Counted from the first letter of the stretch, positions 9,605-20,400 are shown. The stretch: 64,000 nt of DNA from an uncultured Candidatus Saccharibacteria bacterium (GCA_964416765.1 CAYQEU010000002.1:14877-78876), one strand, 5' to 3'. The notes: a model not told the origin generated them from the sequence alone. Made by a program: numbers and translations.

Positions 9605-10621
9605 TTATTTTTTTTGGGTTCGGGGTTTGCGTGTTGGCTTGTTCTGTTCCAATAGTTTTGCCATGAACCAGCGATTATATCGCCTGATCCCGTAGGTCAA
9701 CGCGAATATTACCAAGAAGAGTCCTAGAGCTATAAGCCCCACTAATTTATATGGAATAACCCAAAAACTAGTTTCAGCCCGAACGACCTGGCCCGAATCG
9801 CCATAGACCAATTCCACAGAGGCGGTATAACGGCCAAAAGCAAACTTGTCGGTCCAGGAACTTTCAAAAAGCCTTTCGCTATTCGGCAAAACATTGCTAC
9901 CATTCGGGTTCACCAGCGTGGTCCCAACCTTTTTCCCAAACATGTTCTTTATGGTAATGCTGCCCCGGGGCTTAACGTGAACGTTACCGGTGTTATGGAA
10001 GCGGGTGCGCAAGGTAACGGGTGCGCTTTCATAAACAGAGTGGGCCGGACGGAAGCTATTAATATTCCCTTCTTCGTTCGTTTTGCCCAGCTTGACCAGG
10101 ATAATAGCGGCAATCTTCTGGGATACTTCCACCGCGCTCCCCTCAACTTTAGGGGCAGTAAAGGCAAACTGGATAGAGCCATAATGGCCTCCATCCTCAG
10201 CATCGGCAGGGGCGGTAATAGTAAAGTCTATTTGGGTTTTTTCGTGAGGCTTTAAACTTAACTTAGGGTTGTTTTGAACTTTAAGCCACTTGGATAGGGC
10301 ATAAGTCTGGTCCCCTTCACCTGGTTCGTAAAAAATTTGCTGACCGTTATCACCGCCAGCAGTAAAATCCTTAATGGAAATATCAACCGGCAAAGTACGG
10401 TCCGTAGTGTTGGTCACCTCGATTGTATCCTTAAGGGTTTGTCCCCGTTCCATCTGCCGTTCCAAAATAAAGGGCGAAACGGAAAGTCCCTGGACGGGCC
10501 GGCCCGCGGCGTCGGTCTGAGCCAATGCTGAATTGGCAGACACAAACAACATACCCAATGAAGCGCAGAGAGCCAAAGCAATGGCGACTACCCGTTTCAA
10601 ATTATGGAGGTGAATTTTCAT
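9605..10621 (-). CDS. DUF916/CscA-like cell-surface protein (338 aa).
   Basis: Signal peptide 'ALALCASLGMLFVSANSALA', Ig-like beta-rich middle region, C-terminal TM plus KR-rich tail. Paralog of 32306-33283, sharing 'FAFGRYTA' and 'FWV/ILP' motifs. Confidence 0.65.
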   Translation of the reverse strand: MKIHLHNLKRVVAIALALCASLGMLFVSANSALAQTDAAGRPVQGLSVSPFILERQMERGQTLKDTIEVTNTTDRTLPVDISIKDFTAGGDNGQQIFYEPGEGDQTYALSKWLKVQNNPKLSLKPHEKTQIDFTITAPADAEDGGHYGSIQFAFTAPKVEGSAVEVSQKIAAIILVKLGKTNEEGNINSFRPAHSVYESAPVTLRTRFHNTGNVHVKPRGSITIKNMFGKKVGTTLVNPNGSNVLPNSERLFESSWTDKFAFGRYTASVELVYGDSGQVVRAETSFWVIPYKLVGLIALGLFLVIFALTYGIRRYNRWFMAKLLEQNKPTRKPRTQKK

Positions 10622-10649
10622 CTAATTAAAAAGTAACTTAATTATACCA

Positions 10650-11759
10650 TTAATATAGAGCGGAGGTGACATAACTGATGACATTTTGGTAGTCACCCGG
10701 TGGCTGCAAACCTTCCACCTCAACTTTAAATACTAAACTCGTCGATTCATTTGTAACTGGTCCGGTATTGCACGCAATTTCAGTTGGAGTTGTGGTGAGG
10801 GCGGCAAAAGTATCATTTATGGAAAACCGATTAGTGGTGCCCGTGCATAAAAGTGAGTCGGTAGTGTGATAGCCAAAACGCCCATCGGTTATGGAAAGCG
10901 GCCAGGCTGCTGGGGATGCATTGGTGGCTGAAACAGCGGGAATGGTAGTACCGTTGGTTTTGCGCAACGCACCGTCCTGGGTAATTGTAGTAGTGTAACC
11001 GGTAACAGCGTTTGTGCTGACGGTCACGGTTTGCGCCCCAATCTTAATACTGCCCACGGACAACTGGCCGAACGGTACCGTGGTGGCCGTCGTCGTCACA
11101 TTGGTCGTGGTACCGGCCACGCTGGTTCCTGAAGATACCCCGGCGACCGTCATAGTCAAACTTGGGTTGCTGGTTGTGGCGCTGGCAATATTGGAATAGC
11201 CCGACTCGTTGTTCGGCCCTAAGCGCGCTTTCACCTTTATTTTATAGGTAGTGTTGGGGGACAGGCCAATCAAGCGCTCCCCACTGCCGCTGCCCCAGCC
11301 GGCGTAGTCCTGCCAGACTTCAGTGGCGCTGGTAATGGTATCATCCGCTTTAACAAATGTGGTGGTGGTAAAATTATCCGATGAAATCGCGATGGCAAAC
11401 TGCGTATCGGAGGCGTTGCCGCCCGTGGCAATAACAAAATCCAAATTAGCGTAGAGCGTACTCCCGGTGTTGGTAAGCGTGGGCACACCGGGCACACCCG
11501 GGAAAATGGGCGGGATGGCTCCGCTCTGGACCTGGTAGTTAGTAGAGTTCGAGGTTCCCGATGCGGTACCGGTGGCATCTTGTGCCCGGTAGGTCGCGGA
11601 GTTTCGGTTACCGCCGCCAGTGGAAAACGACGGGTTTTCAATTTGGTAATTGCCGCTCTGTAGCACCAACGCAAAGACGACCTGCGGGTTTAGAATTATG
11701 GTTGCCAATATTACCAGAGCGGTATATAAGGTTGTGTACTTTTCGGTTTTGTTTCTCAT
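10650..11759 (-). CDS. WxL-like secreted surface protein (370 aa).
   Basis: Start trimmed to the ATG at 11759, giving signal peptide 'MRNKTEKYTTLYTALVILATIILNPQVVFA'. C-terminus '...PGDYQNVISYVTSALY'. Paralog of 12627-13925. Confidence 0.65.
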   Translation of the reverse strand: MRNKTEKYTTLYTALVILATIILNPQVVFALVLQSGNYQIENPSFSTGGGNRNSATYRAQDATGTASGTSNSTNYQVQSGAIPPIFPGVPGVPTLTNTGSTLYANLDFVIATGGNASDTQFAIAISSDNFTTTTFVKADDTITSATEVWQDYAGWGSGSGERLIGLSPNTTYKIKVKARLGPNNESGYSNIASATTSNPSLTMTVAGVSSGTSVAGTTTNVTTTATTVPFGQLSVGSIKIGAQTVTVSTNAVTGYTTTITQDGALRKTNGTTIPAVSATNASPAAWPLSITDGRFGYHTTDSLLCTGTTNRFSINDTFAALTTTPTEIACNTGPVTNESTSLVFKVEVEGLQPPGDYQNVISYVTSALY

Positions 11760-11801
11760 TCGCGAATAGGCAAAATGCGCATTAATACTACCATAAACTA
11801 A

Positions 11802-11810
11802 TGATATAAT
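11802..11810 (+). promoter_or_regulatory. Extended -10 promoter (TGaTATAAT) for a leaderless transcript.
   Basis: TATAAT at 11805-11810, only 7 nt before the ATG at 11818. Confidence 0.4.
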
Positions 11811-11817
11811 AAACATT

Positions 11818-12528
11818 ATGAGGGCCACGAAAAAAGAAACAAAAACCAAAAAACCTAACGTCACAGCTTTTGACCCAAACCTGTCACTGTACTGGTCGCG
11901 GCGCAGGTTAGTGATCACAATCATGGTGTGCGTGGCGCTGAGCCTGTTCGCGGTATTCACTTTTCTCGTTATCGCCCAGTACCGCAAGATTGAGGACGCG
12001 ACGGAAACGAGCGGACCGGAAAAAATCGCCGCACCCGAATTTAAGCATTATGCCAACCAGTACTGGGGTGTTGAATTCGACTATCCGGGCAAATGGACCC
12101 AGCCAATCGGCTCATACCAAGACGGGGAGTATTATTTTTCATCCGAACCCATCAACTTCATCAATGAATTAGAGGCCGGGGAGGCTATAATAGCCCTTAA
12201 GACCTATAATAACTGGAAAGGTCTCTCCTTTGGCGATTGGTTCGGGGAAAACCGCTACCTGTTCTTGCCATCGGGTGAGCTTAGCGCTCCGCGAGCTGAA
12301 ACCGTAGCCGGCGTACCAGCCCAGAGGTACACGCTTCGCCTAAGCAAGCCCCAAAATAATACCGCAGTGTGGGATATCCTATTGGTTTCCCGCAACCAGG
12401 CCACAAAGTATTTCTTTGCTCTGGAAGCTGACAACGATGACAATTTAAAGAAATACCAGCCTGTGTTTGATACGCTCCTTACTTCCCTGGCTTTTACCAA
12501 AGTCGGCAACAATCCCAACGGACAATAA
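11818..12528 (+). CDS. Membrane-anchored hypothetical protein (236 aa).
   Basis: Lys-rich N-terminus, one TM, extracytoplasmic domain. Divergent from the WxL-like gene. Confidence 0.55.
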   Translation: MRATKKETKTKKPNVTAFDPNLSLYWSRRRLVITIMVCVALSLFAVFTFLVIAQYRKIEDATETSGPEKIAAPEFKHYANQYWGVEFDYPGKWTQPIGSYQDGEYYFSSEPINFINELEAGEAIIALKTYNNWKGLSFGDWFGENRYLFLPSGELSAPRAETVAGVPAQRYTLRLSKPQNNTAVWDILLVSRNQATKYFFALEADNDDNLKKYQPVFDTLLTSLAFTKVGNNPNGQ

Positions 12529-12551
12529 TAATTTACAAATCACCCGTTTTA

Positions 12552-12560
12552 TGCTATACT
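12552..12560 (+). promoter_or_regulatory. Extended -10 promoter (TGCTATACT).
   Basis: Lies 67 nt upstream of the 12627 ATG. The same 9-mer recurs at 14002. A small hairpin TTCCC-acaa-GGGAA sits in the 5'UTR. Confidence 0.4.
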
Positions 12561-12626
12561 TAATGGGTAATAATTACTTTTCCCACAAGGGAAATCCAGA
12601 AATAAACAAAAAATTAATAAATATAG

Positions 12627-13925
12627 ATGAAAATCTCCCTTCGAAGCCCGTTTAAGTTCGTTTCCGCGGTTTTAGTGGTCTTTTTGTTGGCCATGATCGC
12701 GCAAAAAGTCGCCCAAACCAATGCGGTCGGGAACATGACGCTATCAAAAGACACGCTTTCCAATTCCCGCCCCAGCGTTAGCACCACACTCGGTGCTGGC
12801 GTAACGGCTGGCGATACCGCCATTACCTTGGCTTCTTCCACGGGGATTTTGGCTGGGGATGTAATTACCCTTGCCGGTGGTACCCCGGAAAACCTAACCG
12901 TAGCCACAGTCACGGACGCAACCCACGTTGCCACTACTACCGCAGCAGCTAATGCCCACTCTAACGCCACAGCCGTCTATGACAAACAAACCTCGGTACA
13001 TACCTTTAGCTTTACTACCCGCTCCGCTGTTGCCAGCGGCAGCTTCCTTATAACTTTCCCGGTAGCCGGCTCCAACCAAAACGATGGTGTGCCAGATGCC
13101 GTGCACCAGTATGACTTTAACTCATTAGCTGGTACCGACGTTTCCGTTACTGGCTTTACCGCTGGAACCAAAACCATTACCGCTTCGGCCGGTACCGTAA
13201 GTATTGCCTTTTCCAGCTCTATTGCCGCTTCCACGGCAATTACTATTACCGTTGGTAGCACCAACAAACTATTAAACCCGCAGAAGAGCGCTTCTGCCGG
13301 TACTGCTGATATCGACGCCATCCGCGTGGACGAAAAGGATGCCAATGGCGTGGTAGATACTTCCAGCGTTGATGTAGGAATTATCGAATCACAGGTTATT
13401 ACCGTAAGTGTGTCCCCGACTTTGAGCTTCACCATTGCCGGCGTCGCTTCCGGCCAGACCGCTTTCGGCGCGACAAATACCAACGTAACTACTACAGCTA
13501 CAACGGTACCATTCGGCTCTATTAGCACCGCCACTCCATATTACGCGGCACAAGACCTTACAGTTAGCACCAACGCTGTGAGCGGATATAACGTAACGGG
13601 ATTCGAAGACGGCGCCCTGCGCAAAACCAACGGTACTACCATAACTGATTTCTCTACTACTCCTGGTGACAACAACGGTAACGATGGATTCGGCTACTCC
13701 GGACGTTCTACTTCCGGGACTGACTGTTCGGTGGTATACAATACTTCAGGCTCATTCTACTCCCGCGGCTTCGGTACTTCCGGTACTCCTGGCGGAGTTA
13801 TGACTAACGCTGGCCCTGTTTCCGGTTCTGTCTGCCGCGTTATCTACCGCGTGAGAGTCCCCGCCACCCAGGCTCCTGGAGACTACCAGAACGTAGTCAC
13901 CTACATCGCCACGCCGAGCTACTAA
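12627..13925 (+). CDS. WxL-like secreted surface protein (432 aa), paralog of 10650-11759.
   Basis: Signal peptide. Shared motifs 'TTNVTTTATTVPFG' and 'GALRKTNGTTI'. C-terminal '...PGDYQNVVTYIATPSY'. Confidence 0.7.
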   Translation: MKISLRSPFKFVSAVLVVFLLAMIAQKVAQTNAVGNMTLSKDTLSNSRPSVSTTLGAGVTAGDTAITLASSTGILAGDVITLAGGTPENLTVATVTDATHVATTTAAANAHSNATAVYDKQTSVHTFSFTTRSAVASGSFLITFPVAGSNQNDGVPDAVHQYDFNSLAGTDVSVTGFTAGTKTITASAGTVSIAFSSSIAASTAITITVGSTNKLLNPQKSASAGTADIDAIRVDEKDANGVVDTSSVDVGIIESQVITVSVSPTLSFTIAGVASGQTAFGATNTNVTTTATTVPFGSISTATPYYAAQDLTVSTNAVSGYNVTGFEDGALRKTNGTTITDFSTTPGDNNGNDGFGYSGRSTSGTDCSVVYNTSGSFYSRGFGTSGTPGGVMTNAGPVSGSVCRVIYRVRVPATQAPGDYQNVVTYIATPSY

Positions 13926-13950
13926 TGGCGCTCCTCCAAACCTTCGATAC

Positions 13951-13979
13951 CGCCCCACCTTCCGTGGGGCGGTTTTTTA
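13951..13979 (+). terminator. Rho-independent terminator.
   Basis: CGCCCCAC-cttcc-GTGGGGCG followed by TTTTTT. Confidence 0.8.
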
Positions 13980-14001
13980 TTTCTTCTCTTCCCTCGCGGT
14001 T

Positions 14002-14010
14002 GCTATACTT
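14002..14010 (+). promoter_or_regulatory. Extended -10 promoter (TGCTATACT) for a leaderless NUDIX transcript.
   Basis: TATACT ends 6 nt before the ATG at 14016. Confidence 0.4.
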
Positions 14011-14015
14011 AACTT

Positions 14016-14462
14016 ATGGAAACCAAAGACAACGCCCATTTCTATATAGTCGCCGCCAAAGGCTGGATTGAGAAAGACGGGAAGTTCCTGCTGGCCCGCC
14101 GTGGTCCCGAAGAACTCCATATGCCGGGTGTCTGGTCACTGCCCGGGGGCAAAGTAGAAACCACGACTGAAGAGGCTCATGTAATAGAAAAAACGCTCCA
14201 GAATGAAATAAAAGAGGAAGTTGGCATAGATGTGTCACTAGACATGAAACTCATCTATAATAACTCGTTTTTGCGCTCTGACGGCAACCTAGTGGTAGGG
14301 TTAACTTTCATTTGCCAGTATATTGGCGGCAACCCGCAACCCCTGGAGGACACAACCGAACTGGCTTGGTATACTCTGGATGAATTGAAACAACTATCGG
14401 GCATAGAAGAATTTCTGGTGCGAGAAATCCAGATTCTGTCCGACGCGCTGAAAGACAAATAG
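14016..14462 (+). CDS. NUDIX hydrolase.
   Basis: Nudix box 'GGKVETTTEEAHVIEKTLQNEIKEEVGI' (G-x5-E-x7-REUxEExGU with R->N). Confidence 0.8.
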   Translation: METKDNAHFYIVAAKGWIEKDGKFLLARRGPEELHMPGVWSLPGGKVETTTEEAHVIEKTLQNEIKEEVGIDVSLDMKLIYNNSFLRSDGNLVVGLTFICQYIGGNPQPLEDTTELAWYTLDELKQLSGIEEFLVREIQILSDALKDK

Positions 14463-14475
14463 TATATAACATAGA

Positions 14476-14503
14476 AAAAGCCCGGCTACAAACCGGGCTT
14501 TTA
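14476..14503. terminator. Bidirectional rho-independent terminator.
   Basis: AGCCCGG-ctacaaa-CCGGGCT with T-runs on both strands, between the convergent NUDIX and CAP-domain genes. Confidence 0.75.
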
Positions 14504-14538
14504 TAATGAAGAATTGATATTGAATGGTGGCCGAAACT

Positions 14539-15810
14539 TTAACCTGCCATCCATAGCAGACACGCTAGCATGACCACGAAGGAGCTGTTAGCAATCATGC
14601 CCAGGTGCTGTATCTTGTAGTGCACCCCAATGGACACGGCCAGGAAAGTCATGAGTGCCACGATGCTGATGAGATAGAAGTTAAACTGGAAAGTATTGGT
14701 ATTAACCGTGTGTCCAAAGAAGTTCACGGAAGCACCCTTAACTGAAGGGGCAGAAAAGCTGGCTTCCAGAGTTGGAGCTATGCTGGCCAAGCGCGCGGTA
14801 ACAGTCTTGCCATTTATGTCGTAGGCAGTCAGGGTAACCGGTCCCGCAACCGGGGCGTATGAAGGCAGCACCATTTTCCAATTCCCATCGCCCGTTGGAT
14901 TCATCATGTAGGAATTTAAGCCGTAGGTGGCTATTACTTTTACCGCCCCTTGGCCCGCCGAAGTGGTAATGGTCAGCCCGGAATTTGTGGGCAAAATAAT
15001 TGAATTGCTCAGAGCCAGGGACGAATTAACTGCAGGGGCTGCAGTACTCGCGGCTGCTGCCGGTTGTTGCGCTGACTTGGCGGCAGGTAGCGCAGGCTGC
15101 TGGGCTTGGGCTACCGGGGCAGTTGCCGGAGCCACTTGGGTAGGCTCAGCCAGGGTCTTAACCTGAGGAGTGGAAGGTGTACCAAACATTTGGACTACAA
15201 AAATAGTATCGGCTCCCTCAAAGGTGCCTTCACTAATACCAATACCAATTTCCTCAAAATTGCGGTTTAAAATATTGGCGCGGTGGCCGGGAGAATTCAT
15301 CCAGGCGTCCTCAACGGTTTCCGCTTGGGTAAAATGTACAGCCAAGTTTTCACCGGCAGCCAGATAGGTGTAACCCGTGCCTTTGATCCAGTACCAGGGG
15401 TTATGGCCATCGGGGCTGTTGTGGGCAAAGTACTGCTTTTTTAACATATCATCCGCCTTGGCCTGCGCGGCCTTGGCGAGTTTAGCGTTATAGGTGAGGT
15501 CTTTGAGCCCATATTCCTGGCGGGATTGGTTAGTTAAGGCAATAACAGTATCTGAGGTAATAGCCGATGCATCAGCTATTTGGGGGCTAAGAGTAAGCAC
15601 TGGCAGGGCGATTGCGGCCACTTTGACGCTGATAAGCAGCAATGAAAAAAGGCCCAACACCCGGTGCCCTAAGACATGTGGGCGAAAGTCGTTGCCGGGG
15701 TGCGGAACTAAGTGGTCGTGAATAGAACGACCCAGTCGCGCGAACGTCGGAAACAACTCCCCTGTTGGTGAGCCTACAGATATAGCTAATTGACCTAACG
15801 CGTATTCCAT
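14539..15810 (-). CDS. CAP/SCP/PR1-like (YkwD-type) extracellular protein with N- and C-terminal TM segments.
   Basis: '...FAHNSPDGHNPWYWIKGTGY...GENLA...WMNSPGHRANIL...IGIGI' matches the CAP-domain signature. The exact start is uncertain. Confidence 0.65.
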   Translation of the reverse strand: MEYALGQLAISVGSPTGELFPTFARLGRSIHDHLVPHPGNDFRPHVLGHRVLGLFSLLLISVKVAAIALPVLTLSPQIADASAITSDTVIALTNQSRQEYGLKDLTYNAKLAKAAQAKADDMLKKQYFAHNSPDGHNPWYWIKGTGYTYLAAGENLAVHFTQAETVEDAWMNSPGHRANILNRNFEEIGIGISEGTFEGADTIFVVQMFGTPSTPQVKTLAEPTQVAPATAPVAQAQQPALPAAKSAQQPAAAASTAAPAVNSSLALSNSIILPTNSGLTITTSAGQGAVKVIATYGLNSYMMNPTGDGNWKMVLPSYAPVAGPVTLTAYDINGKTVTARLASIAPTLEASFSAPSVKGASVNFFGHTVNTNTFQFNFYLISIVALMTFLAVSIGVHYKIQHLGMIANSSFVVMLACLLWMAG

Positions 15811-15936
15811 TGTGTTTTTGTTTCGGACAGAGAACTAAGGCTTAATTTTGAGCCTTTTGTTCAGGGGATAAATTGTCTTTTGGTTTCAAAAAAGCAGAAC
15901 GATTTTGGTTCTACTTTCATGACTTATTACATATAT

Positions 15937-15945
15937 ATTATAGCA
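15937..15945 (-). promoter_or_regulatory. Extended -10 promoter (minus strand: AGATGTGCTATAAT).
   Basis: Identical 14-mer to the 9531 site. About 125 nt upstream of the CAP-domain gene start. Confidence 0.4.
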
Positions 15946-16286
15946 CATCTAAAAAATAAAATCAAGGACCCAAAGCGGTGTCCGAGAAACTATTTCTGCG
16001 AGGTGCTGTTGGTATTCTTGGCAGGAGCCTGTCTCATGACATGCTGCGCGGACAAGAAGGCAGTATCGGCGCTGTCCTGGGTATTGGTGACCAGGATGTA
16101 ACTGACCAGTGATACCCCGCTGACTATGAGGATTACCACGGTCCAGATAAACCAGCGTGGATCGTATGTTTTTGTTTCCAGTCTTTTTACGGCTTGCATA
16201 TTAAGCGTTTTATTAACACGGGTATTATACCATAAAAAACACCCCTTGAATAAGGGGTGTTTTAATCTTGTGGATTAACTAAACAA

Positions 16287-16559
16287 TTATTCCTGGCGAG
16301 GAGCGCGAGGAGTCATTGGCTTAGCTTCGCTAACAACCAAGTTGCGGCCATTGTAATCCTTGTTGTTAAACATGGAGATGGCGGAGTTGGCTTCGTCTTG
16401 GTTGTCGAATTCTACGAATCCGAAACCGCGGCTGCGGCCGGTCATCTTGTCGAAGATGACGTTAGCGGAGGTCACGTTGCCAGCTTGGGCAAACAAGGCC
16501 TGGAGGTCGTCGTTGGTAGTTGCCCAAGGCAAACCGCCGACAAATAACTTAGTAGCCAT
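16287..16559 (-). CDS. RRM-type RNA-binding protein.
   Basis: RNP-2 'LFVGGL' and RNP-1 'RGFGFVEF' motifs. 90 aa. Confidence 0.85.
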   Translation of the reverse strand: MATKLFVGGLPWATTNDDLQALFAQAGNVTSANVIFDKMTGRSRGFGFVEFDNQDEANSAISMFNNKDYNGRNLVVSEAKPMTPRAPRQE

Positions 16560-16710
16560 TATATATAGGCTTTCTAGCGCGGCCCATCTTCAACCTACGC
16601 TTATATTTCTAAAGGAGTTAAATGTACTGACTTTGGAACTTAGCTCTTTTGAAAAGAAAGCCTAATTCTACTAGCTGACACATTAACTGTAAGATGGTAG
16701 CACCATTATA

Positions 16711-16745
16711 CATCAAAACGCCCCAGAACGCAAGGGCTCTGGGGC
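16711..16745 (-). terminator. Rho-independent terminator after the 180-aa membrane protein gene.
   Basis: GCCCCAG...CTGGGGC hairpin followed, on the minus strand, by GTTTTGATG. Confidence 0.5.
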
Positions 16746-16765
16746 AATAAAAGGCTTAAAACAGG

Positions 16766-17308
16766 CTATTTATTGGAGTTTGTGGCCGGTTTGTTGGCGT
16801 TGCCACTTCCCGCGGCGTTGGAATTGGCGTTGGCGGGCTTTTTGGTGTTGGTATCGCCCGAGGGGCTGCTGCCTGTGTCTCCAAGGTTAACCGGAGCAAC
16901 TTCCTTTATCTTATTAAGCCTCTCGCTGAACAAAATGGCTTTCTTTGCTTGGGTGTAAATGAGGACCTTGTCGCCCACTTCCGCGGTGGCAAAGAAGGGC
17001 TGGTCCTTTAACGCTTCCAGGTCAGATACCGTGGCTATGGTCGGGGTTTCATCCGGCAGTACAATCAACTTGCCGACCTTGTCGAGCAACTCCTTGGTTT
17101 GGTCTTCGGTGGCTTTTTGCGGATTGGCCTTTAAGTCATTTAATTGCTGGCTCAAGGTTTGCACCCGGCGGTACTGCATGGCAAAGAAAATCGCAGCGGC
17201 CAACACTACCAGGATTACCAAGATCCAGGGGAGCATTCGCACGCCGCTCGCGCGTTGGACGTTGTCACCCGCATCGGACATTGCTTCATTTTTTTCTGTT
17301 TTTGGCAT
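16766..17308 (-). CDS. Membrane-anchored hypothetical protein (180 aa), last gene of the large surface operon.
   Basis: One TM segment. C-terminal low-complexity tail rich in N, A, K and G. Confidence 0.55.
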   Translation of the reverse strand: MPKTEKNEAMSDAGDNVQRASGVRMLPWILVILVVLAAAIFFAMQYRRVQTLSQQLNDLKANPQKATEDQTKELLDKVGKLIVLPDETPTIATVSDLEALKDQPFFATAEVGDKVLIYTQAKKAILFSERLNKIKEVAPVNLGDTGSSPSGDTNTKKPANANSNAAGSGNANKPATNSNK

Positions 17309-17414
17309 TTGTTTCTTTTAGGACTAATTACCTAATAATGGTAACAAAATATTCGGTCACTTTCAACCATTTTACCTATCCTAACTTGTAATAGCGCGTC
17401 TCGTTAGAATGGAA

Positions 17415-20400
17415 TTACGGGCTGGCGCTGCCGCCACCGCCACTGCCGCCACCGCCACCTGAAACGCCGCCGAAAGTTACTGTGGGCGCTGAGGTGTAAT
17501 TCATCCCGCCATTAGTAACATTTATCGCGGTAATCACATCGCCGGTCAGTACCGCCACAGCAGCTGCGCCCGTCCCTCCCCCATCGATAAAGTTTACTAC
17601 GGGGGCAATACCATAACTACTTCCTCCACATACCATGGTAACGGAAGTCACATGGTCCCCGGTGAGTATTGCTATTGCTATGGCGCTATTGCCACAGATG
17701 CCACCATTGCCGTCTGAACTGCCCCCGCCGGAGGAATTGCCGCTGCTGCCGCTGCCGCCTCCAGTGGGACCCCCGCCGCCGCCGTAAGAAACAAAGCCCC
17801 AACAGCTGCCATTATTTCCAATATTCACCAAGGTACCGTCATTGGTTATTGTAAATACTCCGCTGCAGCCGCTATCTTGCACGGAAAGATAAGAAAAGGA
17901 TGCAGTACCTGAAAGATCCATTAACCATTGCTGGCCCGGCGTATCTGAGCTTAAGGCTATAGGTCTTCCGGAAGTTCCCGTGACGGTTATACTATTTGCA
18001 AATGTGTAAGTCTTTCCGGCTTTAAATGTAAGAATTGAATTATCCGTAGTATCCGCGAAGTCATAAAAAGTTGTATCTGAGCTACCACCAACACTAGCCA
18101 CTCCTGTGGTACTGTTCGGTATTATAGTCACGCTACCATTGTTATGCGTAAACGTGCCGCTATTGCTAAGGTTCCCGGTAACAGTTAGGTTTGCCGGCGC
18201 AACAAATGTCCCGTTTGATATAGTTAATTCTCCGCCAAGGGTCGTTACTCCGGTTAAGGTGAGGGTACCGCTGCCAAGTTTGGTAAGACCAGCTGCTGAG
18301 CCAACCGTTCCGGCGAAGCTTACATCATTCCCATTGGTATCAATTATGGCTGTTTGGGTTAGCGTTACGGCTCTGTTAACAGGGGAAGTGATGTTGCCGG
18401 ATGCCTGCAAGGTTCCGCCATTAAAAATCAAAGTGTTGTTAACACCCCCGCTGCCCAGAGCAGCAGTCGCGTTTGCGACAATTGTGCCACCGCTGAGAGT
18501 TAGACTTCCTGTGAACGTATTGGCCCCAGAAAGCGTAAGAGTACCAGCACCGTCCTTAGTTAAGGTGCCGCTCGTAGTAGCAATGGCCCCGGTAATGGTG
18601 GTATCGCCCGCACCGCCAACAATTAGACTGCGCGCGTTGCCCGAAACTGAGGGGATAGTGAGTGACCCGCTGTCCGAATTTACACGAACCCCGGAAGAAC
18701 CAAGCGTTAGGGTTGCTTGAATAGCATTAGTATCACTAATGTTCCGTATCGCGCCAACATTATTTACTCCAGTACCGTTAGCAGTTATCAATTTGGTGCT
18801 TGGCAGGGTAATATTGCCCTGCAACTCCATTACCGCGCCTGATGTAATTGTTGTGGTAAGCGTGGTGCCGGACGCTCCCAACGCGTTGCTATTCTGCAGG
18901 TTGAGGTAGCCAGCGCTTAAAGCAATAGAAGTGCTCGTAAATGTATTGTCAGCGGATAAAGTAACCCTGCCCCCGGTGGTTTTGGAAATTCCTGCGGCAA
19001 CTGAACCTCCCAGTCGGGCGCTGACTAGGCCGCTTTGCAGGGCCGCGGTACCTGTTGTGGTCAAAACCGCGGTTGTTCCACCGGAATCTATTATTTGCCC
19101 GTCAGTTTGGAGGGTTATTATGCCGACGCTGTCGGAAATATTATTTAAGTCCAGAACTCCATTTACAACTGTTACGGCTCCGGTAGAAAGCATATTGGCT
19201 ACGCCATACTGCAAGGTTCCACCGCTAACAGTGGTTAACCCAGTGTGCCCCTGAGCGGAGGTGAACACAAGCGTGCCTGGGCCTGACTTGGTAATTGGCG
19301 CCGTTGTTACGGTTCCCGCTCCGCCCCAAGTGAGAACGGTACCCGGATTGGTAATGTCAAAGGTTGCGGCGATAGCGTTGGTGGTGGTGTAGGAGCGGTC
19401 AGTTGAAGCAGAACCGCCAGTATATTGCAGCGTTCCTACGGCTGTGTTAAATACGATATTGCCCGCTGCATTACTGGCTTGGCCAAGGTTGCCGGCCACG
19501 CCTCCGTTTCCAATAGTGCTGACACTTAAAGTTCCACCACTGATTGTGGTTATCCCGCTGTAAGTGTTAGTTCCGGCCAAAGTTACGGTCCCAGTAGTCG
19601 TCTTGGTCAAGTTTACAGCCCCTGCCAGGTTTGCGGTAATAGTGCCACTGGCCACTGCGTAAGAGCTTCCGGTAAAGGTTCCAGAACCGATGATGAATCC
19701 GCTGGTTAACGTTAATGTACCCAGCGTATCAGTGTAGGACTGAATATCCAGGGTGCCTCCCGCCACTGTTACCGCCGCCGAATCATTTATGATATTACTT
19801 GCCAAATATTGAACTGTGCCGGCATTAATAGTCAGCGTGCCCGTATTAGCAAATGTTTTGCTCAAAGTCAGTGAATCACCAGTACTCTTAGTCATGGCGA
19901 TTGCCGTGCCGCCCAACACCCCGCTAATACCACCGCCATAAAAAGTGTAGGCCGTGCCAGTAAGGACTCCCGGTGTACCGTTGCTGTCAGTAATCGTGCC
20001 GCCGTTTTGTATCGTTATGGCACCCACACTGTCAGTGTTACCATTGATATCAAGTATGCCACCGGCCACAGTGACAGCACCGGTGTTAATTGCGTTGGAG
20101 GTGCCATATTGTAAAGTCCCGCCGTTAATACGTGTTAAGCCGGTAGTGGTAGATGATCCGCTTAAAATTAAAGTGCCCGAGTCCCATTTAGTTAAAGTTG
20201 CTGAGGTCGCTGACGCCCCAAAAGACCCGGATATTGTAGTGGGACCACTGCCTCCCACTCCTAAGTTAATGGCGTTGGCTATCGTAACTGTACCAGTGAT
20301 ATTGATTGTCCCGCTGCCGTTGTTTGTAATGAGCGAGTTCGTGCTAACGGTCATGGCGCCGAAGTTATTATCGCTTCCGGCCGAACTGATTAAGGCCCCT

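Noticed and set aside
15990-16199. 69-aa minus-strand ORF with one TM helix between the CAP-domain and RRM genes.
   Set aside because: It could be a real small membrane protein. However, there is no RBS or conservation evidence, and the plus-strand ORF 15880-16101 overlaps it, so it was left unannotated.
16700-16715. Possible extra promoter 'GATGTATAAT' (minus strand) upstream of the RRM gene.
   Set aside because: It lacks the 1-nt spacer of the TGnTATAAT consensus seen elsewhere, and it overlaps the neighbouring terminator, so it is too weak to call.
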